In this document: positions 37,810 through 47,327 of the stretch, piece after piece
Numbering within the stretch: the stretch's first letter is position 1
Layout of the letters: the number at the start of each line of letters is the position of its first letter
Source: a virus
Lineage: Duplodnaviria > Caudoviricetes
IMG/VR virus record: IMGVR_UViG_3300022181_000120
Span: 1 to 57,069 of that record
Length of the DNA: 57,069 nucleotides
Strand: one strand, 5' to 3'
Position numbers and translations under genes: made by a program
Notes under the pieces: generated by a model
The model's database searches: none
Seen by the model: the letters and a program-made list of their open reading frames with translations, nothing else
Told to the model about the DNA's origin: nothing

Positions 37810-38231
37810 TTGAGATGGTTACACCGATGGATGAAATCGACAGGGAGATTGCAGAAGAGATCAGAAAATCTGAAAGGGACATTATCAAGAAACTTTCTTA
37901 TATCGGAGAATCTGCCATAACTGACGCAAGGGTAAACGGCGATTACATAGACCAGACAGGTAATTTACGTTCATCTATCGGGTATATCATTTTACAGGAC
38001 GGTAAGACTTTGCTTGAAAACTTTAGAGAAAGCGACAGGGGGACAGACAAGAAAACAGGTGTAAGGAAAGGCATGGAGTTCATTCAGGACTTAATAAAAA
38101 AATACAACAAGGATTTTGTTCTTGTGGTTGTTGCCGGGATGGATTATGCAGTTTATGTGGAAGCTCTTGGCAGGAATGTTCTTTCAAGCTCGAAGTTATT
38201 AGCTGAATCATTGTCTGATAGATTATTATGA
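37806..38231 (+). CDS. HK97 gp10-like neck protein
   Basis: DQTGNLRSSIGY..AGMDYAVYVE. Confidence 0.8.
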   Translation: MIEMVTPMDEIDREIAEEIRKSERDIIKKLSYIGESAITDARVNGDYIDQTGNLRSSIGYIILQDGKTLLENFRESDRGTDKKTGVRKGMEFIQDLIKKYNKDFVLVVVAGMDYAVYVEALGRNVLSSSKLLAESLSDRLL

Positions 38232-38626
38232 AAACAGGACTACAGTTTGAGAAAGAATTCTTCAACAAGGTGAAGGGGACTTTGCCAATAAAAGGAAAGT
38301 ACTACAGAGATGGTACAAGGCCTTTGGAGAATGTCGCAAAAAGCGAGGACTGTATGGTAATCTATAAAACAGGATTGGACGGAGAGATACAGAAAGGTTA
38401 TATCACAATCAACGTTTATATCCCGGATATTGACTTTGACGGTAGGAAAACTAAAGATATTGGTAGATGTGAAATTATTGAATCAGCTCTCGACGCGTTT
38501 GCAGAGAATCTGTTCATTTCAGGATATATGATTGAGAGAGAGGGGACAATACAGACATATAAAGTTTATGAAACGGACGAACATTTCGTTCATCTGGAAT
38601 TAAAGTATAATTATTTAAGCATATAA
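38228..38626 (+). CDS. Tail terminator (putative)
   Basis: Position; INVYIPD. Confidence 0.6.
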   Translation: MKTGLQFEKEFFNKVKGTLPIKGKYYRDGTRPLENVAKSEDCMVIYKTGLDGEIQKGYITINVYIPDIDFDGRKTKDIGRCEIIESALDAFAENLFISGYMIEREGTIQTYKVYETDEHFVHLELKYNYLSI

Positions 38627-38630
38627 AATT

Positions 38631-39074
38631 ATGAACTTATCATGGGGAAAACCCACAATCAAAATTACAAAGCTTGGCACAACTCCGGGAACAAGGATTG
38701 ACATCCCGACTCCTGTTAAGGACAGTACGAAACTTATACCCACCAAAGGTACTAAGAGGGAGGCGCCGCTTGAAGGAGGTGGAAACGAAGACGTGGCGTA
38801 CGAAAAAAATAAATACGTACTTGAATTCGAGCTTTATGCAAAAAAGGGTCGTGCTAAACCCGTAGAGGATGAAGATGGTGTTATCGATGGGCAGTACAAA
38901 CTCGAACTCCAGCCAGAAGATCCGACAGTTGAAGGTATTATAATTGACAAAGGTACTTTGTCTGTTGAAGATACTTTCGATGCCAGTATCGGGAAGAAAT
39001 GGAAGTACACGATGGATGTGCTTGTTCCTGACACAGGCAATCAGGTGAAGCACGAAGTAGTAACATTTTCTTAA
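38631..39074 (+). CDS. Major tail tube protein
   Basis: LSWGKPTI N-terminus; position before the chaperones. Confidence 0.7.
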   Translation: MNLSWGKPTIKITKLGTTPGTRIDIPTPVKDSTKLIPTKGTKREAPLEGGGNEDVAYEKNKYVLEFELYAKKGRAKPVEDEDGVIDGQYKLELQPEDPTVEGIIIDKGTLSVEDTFDASIGKKWKYTMDVLVPDTGNQVKHEVVTFS

Positions 39075-39104
39075 AAAGTGCGGGGCGACCCGCACTCCCT
39101 TATT

Positions 39105-39536
39105 ATGAATGATAAACTAATTGAAATGAGCGTATCTGATGCGGTTACTGAAAAGCCTATCGAGTTCAAAGTAGGGAATAGAAAGTTTAAAATACATCCT
39201 CCTACGATTGGGAAGATGCAAATTCTTTCTAAATACATTCTTAAGTTTGATTTGAACGAAGAGAGACTTGAAGAAGAACCGCAATTGGAAGCAATGAGGA
39301 TATGTGAATCAAAAGCAGATGTCGTGGTTGAATTAATGGCAGTAGCCACTTTTAACAGTAAGGAGGATTTGCTGAACGATGATAAGATAAAAGAGAGAGC
39401 TGAATTCTTTAGATGGAACAGCAAAGCTACTGATTTTTACATATTATTATTGTCTTTACTTGCACAAACTCAGTACGAAAATTTTATAAACTCTATTCGA
39501 TTGACGGAGATATTAAGGCAAAACAAGCCGAAATAA
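39105..39536 (+). CDS. Tail assembly chaperone (G-like)
   Basis: Between tail tube and tape measure; slippery A AAT TTT near the 3' end. Confidence 0.75.
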   Translation: MNDKLIEMSVSDAVTEKPIEFKVGNRKFKIHPPTIGKMQILSKYILKFDLNEERLEEEPQLEAMRICESKADVVVELMAVATFNSKEDLLNDDKIKERAEFFRWNSKATDFYILLLSLLAQTQYENFINSIRLTEILRQNKPK

Positions 39537-39766
39537 AAAAATTGAGCGGGTCGAATAGAGTAATAGGTGGTCGCTCAATTTGGGGTGGTTTGATAGATGT
39601 AGTGTTGCAAAAATACCACTGGACGTATGATTACCTGTTATGGGGAATAAGCTATCAGAATGTTCAGATGTTGCTTGCTGATAACATGAGCACTACAACG
39701 GAAGAAGAGGTGATTGACGCTGACGATCCTAATAACAGGGAAAGAATAAAAGAGATGTTTTCATGA
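39479..39766 (+). CDS. Tail assembly chaperone T part, reached by -1 frameshift
   Basis: The -1 frame is open from heptamer AAATTTT (39479-39485) to the stop at 39766. Confidence 0.7.
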   Translation, partial: KFYKLYSIDGDIKAKQAEIKKLSGSNRVIGGRSIWGGLIDVVLQKYHWTYDYLLWGISYQNVQMLLADNMSTTTEEEVIDADDPNNRERIKEMFS

Positions 39767-42700
39767 GTGTTCACTATAACATAACAGCCAATAACGATGA
39801 CTTTAAGCGTAAATTCTCGGAAGTTCGAAGTGAAATCAGAAACAGTGAAGATACCGCACAAAGAGCATCTGCAAATATTCAATCATCGATAAAAAGTATG
39901 GCTGCCGGAATGGGTGGTCTTTTTGCTATTGGATTGGCTAAACAATTTGCAGGTGACGTAGAGCGTGTAAGAGGAGAATTTCAGCAGCTGGAGATAGCTT
40001 TCGAAACGATGCTCGGGTCTAGAGAAAAAGCCGATGTGTTAATGAGGCAGGCTGTTGATACGGCTGCAAAAACACCATTTGACCTTAATCAAGTTGCATC
40101 TGGATATAAACAATTATTGGCTTACGGAATAGGGGTGGAGAAACTCAACGACACGTTGGTTACATTGGGAGATGTGGCAAGCGGTGTAAACGCTCCTTTA
40201 AATGACATTGTTTATTTGTACGGTACGCTTAACGCATCCGGTAGAGTTGCGTTGATGGATATCCGTCAGTTTGCCGGAAGAGGTATTCCCATATACGAAG
40301 AACTCGCAAAAGTGTTAGGAATAGCAAAGGAGAAAGTTAATGATTTTGCAAGTGAAGGGAAGATTGGCTTTGCAGACGTTGAGCAGGCTTTTAAAAACAT
40401 GACTTCCGAGGGTGGAAGATTTGACAATCTAATGCAAAAACAATCAGCAAGCATCGTCGGGTTAAAGGCTAATTTTGGTGATGCTGTTGATACTGCAAAG
40501 AATGATTTAGGCAAGAAATTGCAACCGTTATTTGAGGGTGCATTAAAAGCGCAGATAAATATTGTTGAGAATTATGAAGAAATAGGTAAAACATTATTGG
40601 GTATCGCAGCTGCTTACGGAACGTACAAGGCTGTACTTATTGCTGTTTCGGCAGCTGAAAAAATCAACACACAGGTACTAAGACAGGCTGTTCTGGAAAA
40701 GGCGCTTGCCGCAAAACAAACAATTGTATTATCCAATGCCGAGGCTGTTAATATTGCGAGGACTAAAACCTTAACTTTGGCTAAACAGGGATTAAGTAAA
40801 TCCCTGAAATCTTTACTAACCGCATTAACACCAAACCCTTATTTCTTAGCTGCTGCCGCTGTTGCCGGATTGACATTTGCTATTTACAAAATGACCACAG
40901 CCGATAGCGCAGCGGAGATGGCTGTCAAATCTCTCGCAAATGCACAGGAATCGAGGACAAAGGCTATTGAGGATGAACGTTCGAAAACAGAAGAGTTGAT
41001 TAATAAGCTCAAAAATGAAACTTTAACCAGACGGGAGAGAAACACTATTTTAACCGAACTTCAAAGGCTGTATCCTGTCATATTCAAGGGGCTGGATATA
41101 GAGAAGGCAAAATACTTAGACTTGGCAGAGACTATCAAGTTGGTTAATGAAGAGTTGGAGGCAAAGACAAGATTACAGTTAAAAGAAGAAATTGCACAGT
41201 CTCAAAGCATTTATAATAAGTTGAGTAAAGGTCAGACCAGCTATACACGTGAGGAATCAAAAGCAATATTCAAGGAAGCAAAAGGAATTTTGGGTATTAG
41301 TGGTTTTGACGCAGCAATGATGAGCTGGACAAAAATGAATGAGGCAATGCAGTTGCATCTGCAAGGCTTAAAAAAACAAGAAAGTGATATACTGCTTTCA
41401 TCATATAATGCTGTATCCAACGAAGAGAAAAGGAACAGATTGATCATAGAAAGAAACAAGTTACAAGAAAAATACGATTCGCTTTCAAAAGAAGACAACT
41501 CAAAGTGGGCAAACAATGAATTTGCGAGAACTTCATTGCTTGAGCAATATGAAAAGAAAATACTGCAAATCAATAAACAGATAGAGGGTTACGGGGCAAC
41601 AGTTGAAAATGTTGTTTCTAAAAATAAATCCTACTGGGAAGAAGAAAAGAAAAATGCAGAAGATGCTCTTGGAATGCTAACAACTGAAAATACAGCTAAA
41701 GAATGGGAGGATGCACGTGAGAGAGTTTTGAAGGCGCAAAAAGAAATTGCGAAATATTCTGTATCAGAAAAAAGTAAAACCGATAATGTAAAAAAGGACA
41801 ATTACATTTTTGATGTCGAGAGAGAGCAGGGAATTGAAAAAATCAGACAAGATGTAAAAGCATTTTTTGATGCAAGGAGAAAAGCAAACCTGGAGGGTGT
41901 AAAAGCAGAGCGTGAGGCGGAAGAAGAGGCAAGGATTGAGTATCTAATCGAGTGGGGGAACTTTGAGCAGAAAAGGCTTGCGTTAATAGATAAATATGAA
42001 AAAAATGCGTCAAAAGCAAAAACAAAAGCAGAGAAAGACGGTCTTTTAAAAGGCTTGGAACAATCACTCCAAGATATCGCTTCAGAACAGCTAAAATCAG
42101 GTGGATTATTCGAAAAGATGTTCGGAGACGTCGAAAGACTTTCTACGGATACCTTAGTAGAAATTTTAGGCATCGATGACTATATAGACAAATTAGGATT
42201 GAGTATTGAAGAAACAAAAGTTTTCAAAGATGCTATAACTAACGCAAGAAATGAGCTTGAAAAAAGAAATCCATTTAAATCACTATCTAAAGACTGGAAA
42301 GATTTAATCGATGCTATTAATGGAAATGACAAAGATGAGATTAAAAATATATTAGATAGATTACAGCGAGATTTAGATAAAGCAAAAGCGTATCTAAACG
42401 ATGTTGGTGATTCAATAGGTTCAATATTCTCTTCATTTGGTAATGACGTTGTCGGTGAAAGTATAAACAATATCATAGGTATTATAGGAGGCGTAGGGCA
42501 GGCCGGTGTCGGAATTGGTAAACTTGCATCAGGTGACGTAATTGGTGGAATGAAAGACCTTGCAAAAGGCATCTCGGATGTTGTTGGTGGCATTGTGAGG
42601 ATGAACGATGCCGTAAAAGAGAGAAGAATACAGCAGTTGCAAAAGCAAATTGATGAGCTAACTAAATCATATAAGGAGCTTGGTGATGCAATCGAGAAGG

Positions 42701-43512
42701 CATACTCGAAAGATGCATCAAATCTGATAGAGCAACAAAATGTTCTATTAAGACAAAAGCAGATAGCTATAAGACAGCAAATCAAGGAAGAAGAAGCAAA
42801 GAAAAAAACTGATAAAAATAAAATAAAAGAATGGCAGGATGCTTCTGACGAAATTGATAAGCAGATAGCCGAAAACAAGGTCAAAGCAATTGATGCGATA
42901 TACGGGGAAGATATTAAATCTGCTATAGATAGGTTTGCTAACGCATATGTGAATATGTGGTCGGCAGGGGATGATAAGGCTAAATCACGCAAAGATTTCG
43001 TGAAAAGCATGATTAAAAGCATGATCATCGAAGCGATGAAAGCTGATATATCTAAACCGATGGAGGCGATCCGCGAAAGGATGAATGCGTTTTGGATGGA
43101 TGAACGTATCACGGACCAAGAAGCCGATATCATTGACCAGATGCTTTTTGACTTGCAAAATCAACTCGACAAAAAATATTCGTGGGCAGACAAATATATG
43201 AATGACGAAATATCTTCTGGCACTACCGGAGAGCTGAAGGCGGCTATGACAGAACAAACAGGCTCACAGTTGGTCGGATTATGGAATATGACGGCGATGG
43301 ATATCCGTTCTATCAGGGAGCGGATTGAAAAGAATGAAACCAGAGATTCAAGCGGTGATATTAGAAGCATAGCCATTTTGTCTTCCGAGATTAGCAGAAA
43401 CACGAGAGATACAGCGGATAATACAACAGGCATACGGGATCAATTCAGTGAAATGAATGAAAAGCTTGACGATATAAAAAAGAATACAAAACCAAACAAC
43501 AGCAGGATATAA
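39763..43512 (+). CDS. Tail tape measure protein
   Basis: 1249 aa; AFETMLGS..AAKTPF..QFAGRGIPIYEELAK tape-measure domain. Confidence 0.93.
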   Translation: MSVHYNITANNDDFKRKFSEVRSEIRNSEDTAQRASANIQSSIKSMAAGMGGLFAIGLAKQFAGDVERVRGEFQQLEIAFETMLGSREKADVLMRQAVDTAAKTPFDLNQVASGYKQLLAYGIGVEKLNDTLVTLGDVASGVNAPLNDIVYLYGTLNASGRVALMDIRQFAGRGIPIYEELAKVLGIAKEKVNDFASEGKIGFADVEQAFKNMTSEGGRFDNLMQKQSASIVGLKANFGDAVDTAKNDLGKKLQPLFEGALKAQINIVENYEEIGKTLLGIAAAYGTYKAVLIAVSAAEKINTQVLRQAVLEKALAAKQTIVLSNAEAVNIARTKTLTLAKQGLSKSLKSLLTALTPNPYFLAAAAVAGLTFAIYKMTTADSAAEMAVKSLANAQESRTKAIEDERSKTEELINKLKNETLTRRERNTILTELQRLYPVIFKGLDIEKAKYLDLAETIKLVNEELEAKTRLQLKEEIAQSQSIYNKLSKGQTSYTREESKAIFKEAKGILGISGFDAAMMSWTKMNEAMQLHLQGLKKQESDILLSSYNAVSNEEKRNRLIIERNKLQEKYDSLSKEDNSKWANNEFARTSLLEQYEKKILQINKQIEGYGATVENVVSKNKSYWEEEKKNAEDALGMLTTENTAKEWEDARERVLKAQKEIAKYSVSEKSKTDNVKKDNYIFDVEREQGIEKIRQDVKAFFDARRKANLEGVKAEREAEEEARIEYLIEWGNFEQKRLALIDKYEKNASKAKTKAEKDGLLKGLEQSLQDIASEQLKSGGLFEKMFGDVERLSTDTLVEILGIDDYIDKLGLSIEETKVFKDAITNARNELEKRNPFKSLSKDWKDLIDAINGNDKDEIKNILDRLQRDLDKAKAYLNDVGDSIGSIFSSFGNDVVGESINNIIGIIGGVGQAGVGIGKLASGDVIGGMKDLAKGISDVVGGIVRMNDAVKERRIQQLQKQIDELTKSYKELGDAIEKAYSKDASNLIEQQNVLLRQKQIAIRQQIKEEEAKKKTDKNKIKEWQDASDEIDKQIAENKVKAIDAIYGEDIKSAIDRFANAYVNMWSAGDDKAKSRKDFVKSMIKSMIIEAMKADISKPMEAIRERMNAFWMDERITDQEADIIDQMLFDLQNQLDKKYSWADKYMNDEISSGTTGELKAAMTEQTGSQLVGLWNMTAMDIRSIRERIEKNETRDSSGDIRSIAILSSEISRNTRDTADNTTGIRDQFSEMNEKLDDIKKNTKPNNSRI

Positions 43513-44015
43513 TGGAACTGACATACTTAATCACGGAAGCGGAAATATTGAACGGTTGCGATGGCGGAATGGAGCAGCTCCGCAATGCTAAAGATGTAAA
43601 CGATCTGATACAATGTTATTATGACCGTATTGATTATTGTCTGGCGAATAACTTCCCGGATAATGAATTCTTACTCCAATACCGGGATGAACTACGGAAT
43701 GCCGGTGTTTTCATTGATGAAAAAGCGAGTGTGGATAGTCGGCCAAGACTGGTTTTTCTCGGACAATCCGAATGCAACTTGTCAATTTACAAATACGCCG
43801 TTTCCCGTGCATATGTGAAGCATCAATCAAAACTTCATGTTCGTGCTTCCGGTAGTTCAGTAATCATGATTGATGCTCTTGACGATGCTGTAATTACCGT
43901 TGAAGAAAGTGAAAACGCAAAGGTGATCGTGAATTTGTATGCGAACTCCAAATGTGATGTATTGAGCGGTAATCCCCGGATAATTCAAAAAAACAGGTTT
44001 ACGTATGAACTATAA
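43512..44015 (+). CDS. Hypothetical tail-region protein
   Basis: Coupled to the tape measure gene. Confidence 0.6.
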   Translation: MELTYLITEAEILNGCDGGMEQLRNAKDVNDLIQCYYDRIDYCLANNFPDNEFLLQYRDELRNAGVFIDEKASVDSRPRLVFLGQSECNLSIYKYAVSRAYVKHQSKLHVRASGSSVIMIDALDDAVITVEESENAKVIVNLYANSKCDVLSGNPRIIQKNRFTYEL

Positions 44016-44853
44016 ACTTGACAATATTCCCCTGTCCTCTCTTGGCGCAATCCCATCCCGCGGCAATCAGTTTTTTGCGTTGGAAGGCATGCTTGATCTT
44101 CCGAAGCGTATCGGCACTACCGAATACAACTGGGGAACATCCATAGAACCGTTCGTTGATGCGGAAGATATCGAGTTGGACGGGCGGACGCTTGTCTTGC
44201 ACGTTTTGGTAAGGAGAATAAACCTCGACGCGTTCAAATCGGCGTGTATAGCATGTACAGAATTGTCTTTCGATTACGACACCTTTCAGGTCGTTCAGAA
44301 AGATGAGATAAAGGTTGAAGAGATAGGAGTCTATTGCAAAGTCGAAATTCCTTTCTGGCAAGACAAGGTAGATATTAAACCGATTACAGTATCACAATCA
44401 GGTGTGGGAAATTATAGAATTGACGGTTACGACTTGGTTAAGGACTTCGGGACATACATCGGTAAAAGCGGGGATATTCATAATACGGCTGGTCGCATTG
44501 ACGTGCAAACAACCGAGTTATATACGAAAACAAAGTATCGTGGCGCATGGAACATTGGTCTGGAATGCTCGATGCTTGGAAACAATTTTTCAGATGTATA
44601 TGACAAAATGAATCAATTGCACGCAGTGCTGACGGGGGCAGGATCACATCGGTTATTGATAAGGAATAATGCATTTAAAGTATATTTTAGAGATGGGTTG
44701 ACAGCGAGTGTCGTATCTGACAGGCTTGTCAAATTCATACTTAACATAAGGTGCACGAACCCGTGGATTATAAAGTACTTGCTTACAACAGAGGACGGTA
44801 AGCATATAATGACGGAAGATGGTAAATATATAGATATGAAATATCATGGCTGA
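44005..44853 (+). CDS. Distal tail-like protein (putative)
   Basis: Position; two similar halves (YKLDNIPLS / YRIDGYDLV). Confidence 0.55.
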   Translation: MNYKLDNIPLSSLGAIPSRGNQFFALEGMLDLPKRIGTTEYNWGTSIEPFVDAEDIELDGRTLVLHVLVRRINLDAFKSACIACTELSFDYDTFQVVQKDEIKVEEIGVYCKVEIPFWQDKVDIKPITVSQSGVGNYRIDGYDLVKDFGTYIGKSGDIHNTAGRIDVQTTELYTKTKYRGAWNIGLECSMLGNNFSDVYDKMNQLHAVLTGAGSHRLLIRNNAFKVYFRDGLTASVVSDRLVKFILNIRCTNPWIIKYLLTTEDGKHIMTEDGKYIDMKYHG

Positions 44854-46573
44854 TGAAATAATTGACATAAAAGTAAGTGAGTTGCCTCAGGCAGCAACGC
44901 TTGACGATCTCGAAATCCTTGGCATAGACAGAAGTACAAACAAAAGCGTACGGGCATTGATGTCGCTGCTAAGGGGATTGGACGGGAAAAACATAGAGCT
45001 ACAAAAAACATTAACCCATATTCAGTGGAGAATAGTCGGTGGCAGTTGGACTAATCTCGTGGCATTGGAAGAACTGAAAGGAGTAAAAGGTGACCCCGGA
45101 AATCCTGTTGAATTTCAGAAAAGCGCAACACATGTCCAGTGGCGGGTACAGGGCACCACAACCTGGAATAACCTAATCACGCTGGACGAACTAAAAGTTA
45201 AAGGGGATACGGGAGCGAGCATCGAGATGCAAGTCAGCTCTACTCACATCCAGTGGCGTGTGCAAGGTACAACCACCTGGAACAACCTCATGGCGCTATC
45301 GGAATTGGAAGGTGATCCCGGGAAAAACATTGAACTGCAAAAAACATCAACCCACATCCAGTGGAGAATAGTCGGTGGCAGCTGGGCAAATCTCGTTGCT
45401 CTTTCGGAATTGAAAGGAGCGCAAGGGGACAATATAGAACTGCAAAAGACAGCCACTCACGTCCAGTGGAGAGTGGTCGGCGGAGCGTGGAATAACCTCA
45501 TTGCGCTCTCGGAGTTGAAAGGGAATACCGGGCCAACCCCGATAATATCGACGGGTACTGTGGCTACAATCCCGCCTGGGGGACAATCATCAGCCGAGTT
45601 GGTAGATGACGGCGTGGATGAGAACGGTGTGAAAAAGTATAAGCTCAACCTAACCCTCGTTCGCGGGGATACCGGTACAATAGATAATATCGATACGGTC
45701 ACAATCGTTTTCACCGAATCGGAGGCAAGGCAGAATATCAATACCGGAGATACTATTTCCGTATTGTTCGGAAAAATACGGAAGTGGTTTTCCGACTTGA
45801 AATCATTGGCTTTCAAAGACAAGGTGAATTGGAACACTGACGTTGACAATCGACCGACTTCCATGCCTGCATCGGACGTTCCTGCCTGGGCGAAAGCAGC
45901 TACAAAGCCAACCTATTCCGCTTCCGAGACAGGCTCGTTGCCTGAATCGCATAATACAGACGGATCCTCGCACGCCGATATACGTTCCGAGGTGGCGTCA
46001 GTCCGGCTTGTGGCGGAAGGCGCACTGGTTGGATACGCCTTCGACACGGTGGCAGCTATGAACAGCTGGATAGCAATCTCGGCCAACAAGGCCAAGTTGA
46101 AGGTAGGCAATTCACTTTTTATCCGGGCGCTTGATGTTCCAGATTACTGGTGGGACGGCACGCAGGCTTTAGCTGTTGAGTCGCAAAAAATTGACTTGTC
46201 AGGGTATCTGCTTTCTTCTGTTGCGGCTAATACTTACGTGGCTAAAGAGTCGGGGAAATCCCTTATGACCGATGCGGAGAGGACGAAACTAAACGGAATA
46301 GCACCTAATGCAAATGATTACGTCCATCCCACCGGCTCGGGAAACAATCACGTGCCGGCTGGAGGTGCTTCGGGACAGATTCTGCGCTATTCCGTCGCCG
46401 GCACTGCGGAATGGGGGGAGGAGAACAACACGACCTACTCGCCTGCAACGCAATCGGCGAACGGGTTGATGAGCAAGGATGACAAAACGAAGTTGGACGG
46501 GTTGAAATTCGAAGTTGTGGCATCACTTCCAAGTTCTCCCGATAGTAGCACGTTTTACTTTATTACCGAATAA
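44846..46573 (+). CDS. Tail fibre protein
   Basis: Five ~36-aa repeats IELQKxxTHIQWR..W.NL..L.ELKG; ATQSANGLMSKDDKTKLDGL fibre motif. Confidence 0.75.
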   Translation: MADEIIDIKVSELPQAATLDDLEILGIDRSTNKSVRALMSLLRGLDGKNIELQKTLTHIQWRIVGGSWTNLVALEELKGVKGDPGNPVEFQKSATHVQWRVQGTTTWNNLITLDELKVKGDTGASIEMQVSSTHIQWRVQGTTTWNNLMALSELEGDPGKNIELQKTSTHIQWRIVGGSWANLVALSELKGAQGDNIELQKTATHVQWRVVGGAWNNLIALSELKGNTGPTPIISTGTVATIPPGGQSSAELVDDGVDENGVKKYKLNLTLVRGDTGTIDNIDTVTIVFTESEARQNINTGDTISVLFGKIRKWFSDLKSLAFKDKVNWNTDVDNRPTSMPASDVPAWAKAATKPTYSASETGSLPESHNTDGSSHADIRSEVASVRLVAEGALVGYAFDTVAAMNSWIAISANKAKLKVGNSLFIRALDVPDYWWDGTQALAVESQKIDLSGYLLSSVAANTYVAKESGKSLMTDAERTKLNGIAPNANDYVHPTGSGNNHVPAGGASGQILRYSVAGTAEWGEENNTTYSPATQSANGLMSKDDKTKLDGLKFEVVASLPSSPDSSTFYFITE

Positions 46574-46574
46574 C

Positions 46575-47312
46575 ATGGCATTATATAAAGGAAACCAGAA
46601 AATAAAGGAAATATACTTCGGCAATCAGAAAATCAAGGAAGTGTATAAGGGAAGTCAGAAAGTGTTTGGCGAAGTCATTACTTGGAATTACTATTTGGAA
46701 GTAGATCCAATAAGTTATGATATTAATTGGGAATATGGTAATTTATATCCTTCAGTACAATCTTATAGAAAGAAAGTTATCAATGGAGTAGAAACGTCAG
46801 AAAAAGAAAATGTAGATTATTATGTATCTTATTCATCTGGATTAGATGTAACTATAACAGGAGAGTACGTAGGGGTTCCTAAAAATTATGATTCTTATAT
46901 TAAAACCTATGTTGTTGATTATACTCAAAATGATTCAAATATAGCTGAAAGTATAATCATATCGCAAAGTGCCTATGTTATACAAGATGTAAGACTTTAT
47001 CCAATATTTGATAATGTATATAATGCTCTTTATATAAGACATGATTATTCTTCTATGAAGTTAGATGATGGTCAAACTATTGAAGTTTATGTTAGATGTG
47101 GTAGATATATTGGAACTGGAGATTATAGGAATGACCCAAATGCAGAAAGTTGGGAGTCTGCTAGTTATTCGGTCATTGTAAGTTATAGAGAGACAAGAGT
47201 AATGTATTATGACCCTGATGAAAAGTGGTTTGCAAGAATTGATGGTATTAGTAAGTCAAGTGATAATTGTCATAATTACTCATATGATAGTGATGATATT
47301 TTTTATCCTTAA
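46575..47312 (+). CDS. Tail fibre tip / receptor-binding candidate
   Basis: IKEIYFGNQKIKEVYKG N-terminal motif; AT-rich, Tyr-rich C-terminus. Confidence 0.55.
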   Translation: MALYKGNQKIKEIYFGNQKIKEVYKGSQKVFGEVITWNYYLEVDPISYDINWEYGNLYPSVQSYRKKVINGVETSEKENVDYYVSYSSGLDVTITGEYVGVPKNYDSYIKTYVVDYTQNDSNIAESIIISQSAYVIQDVRLYPIFDNVYNALYIRHDYSSMKLDDGQTIEVYVRCGRYIGTGDYRNDPNAESWESASYSVIVSYRETRVMYYDPDEKWFARIDGISKSSDNCHNYSYDSDDIFYP

Positions 47313-47327
47313 ATATAATTTTAGATT

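Noticed and set aside
42180-43133. 317-aa antisense ORF and similar ORFs opposite long genes
   Set aside because: Ser/Ile/Phe/Leu-rich shadows of coiled-coil genes on the plus strand
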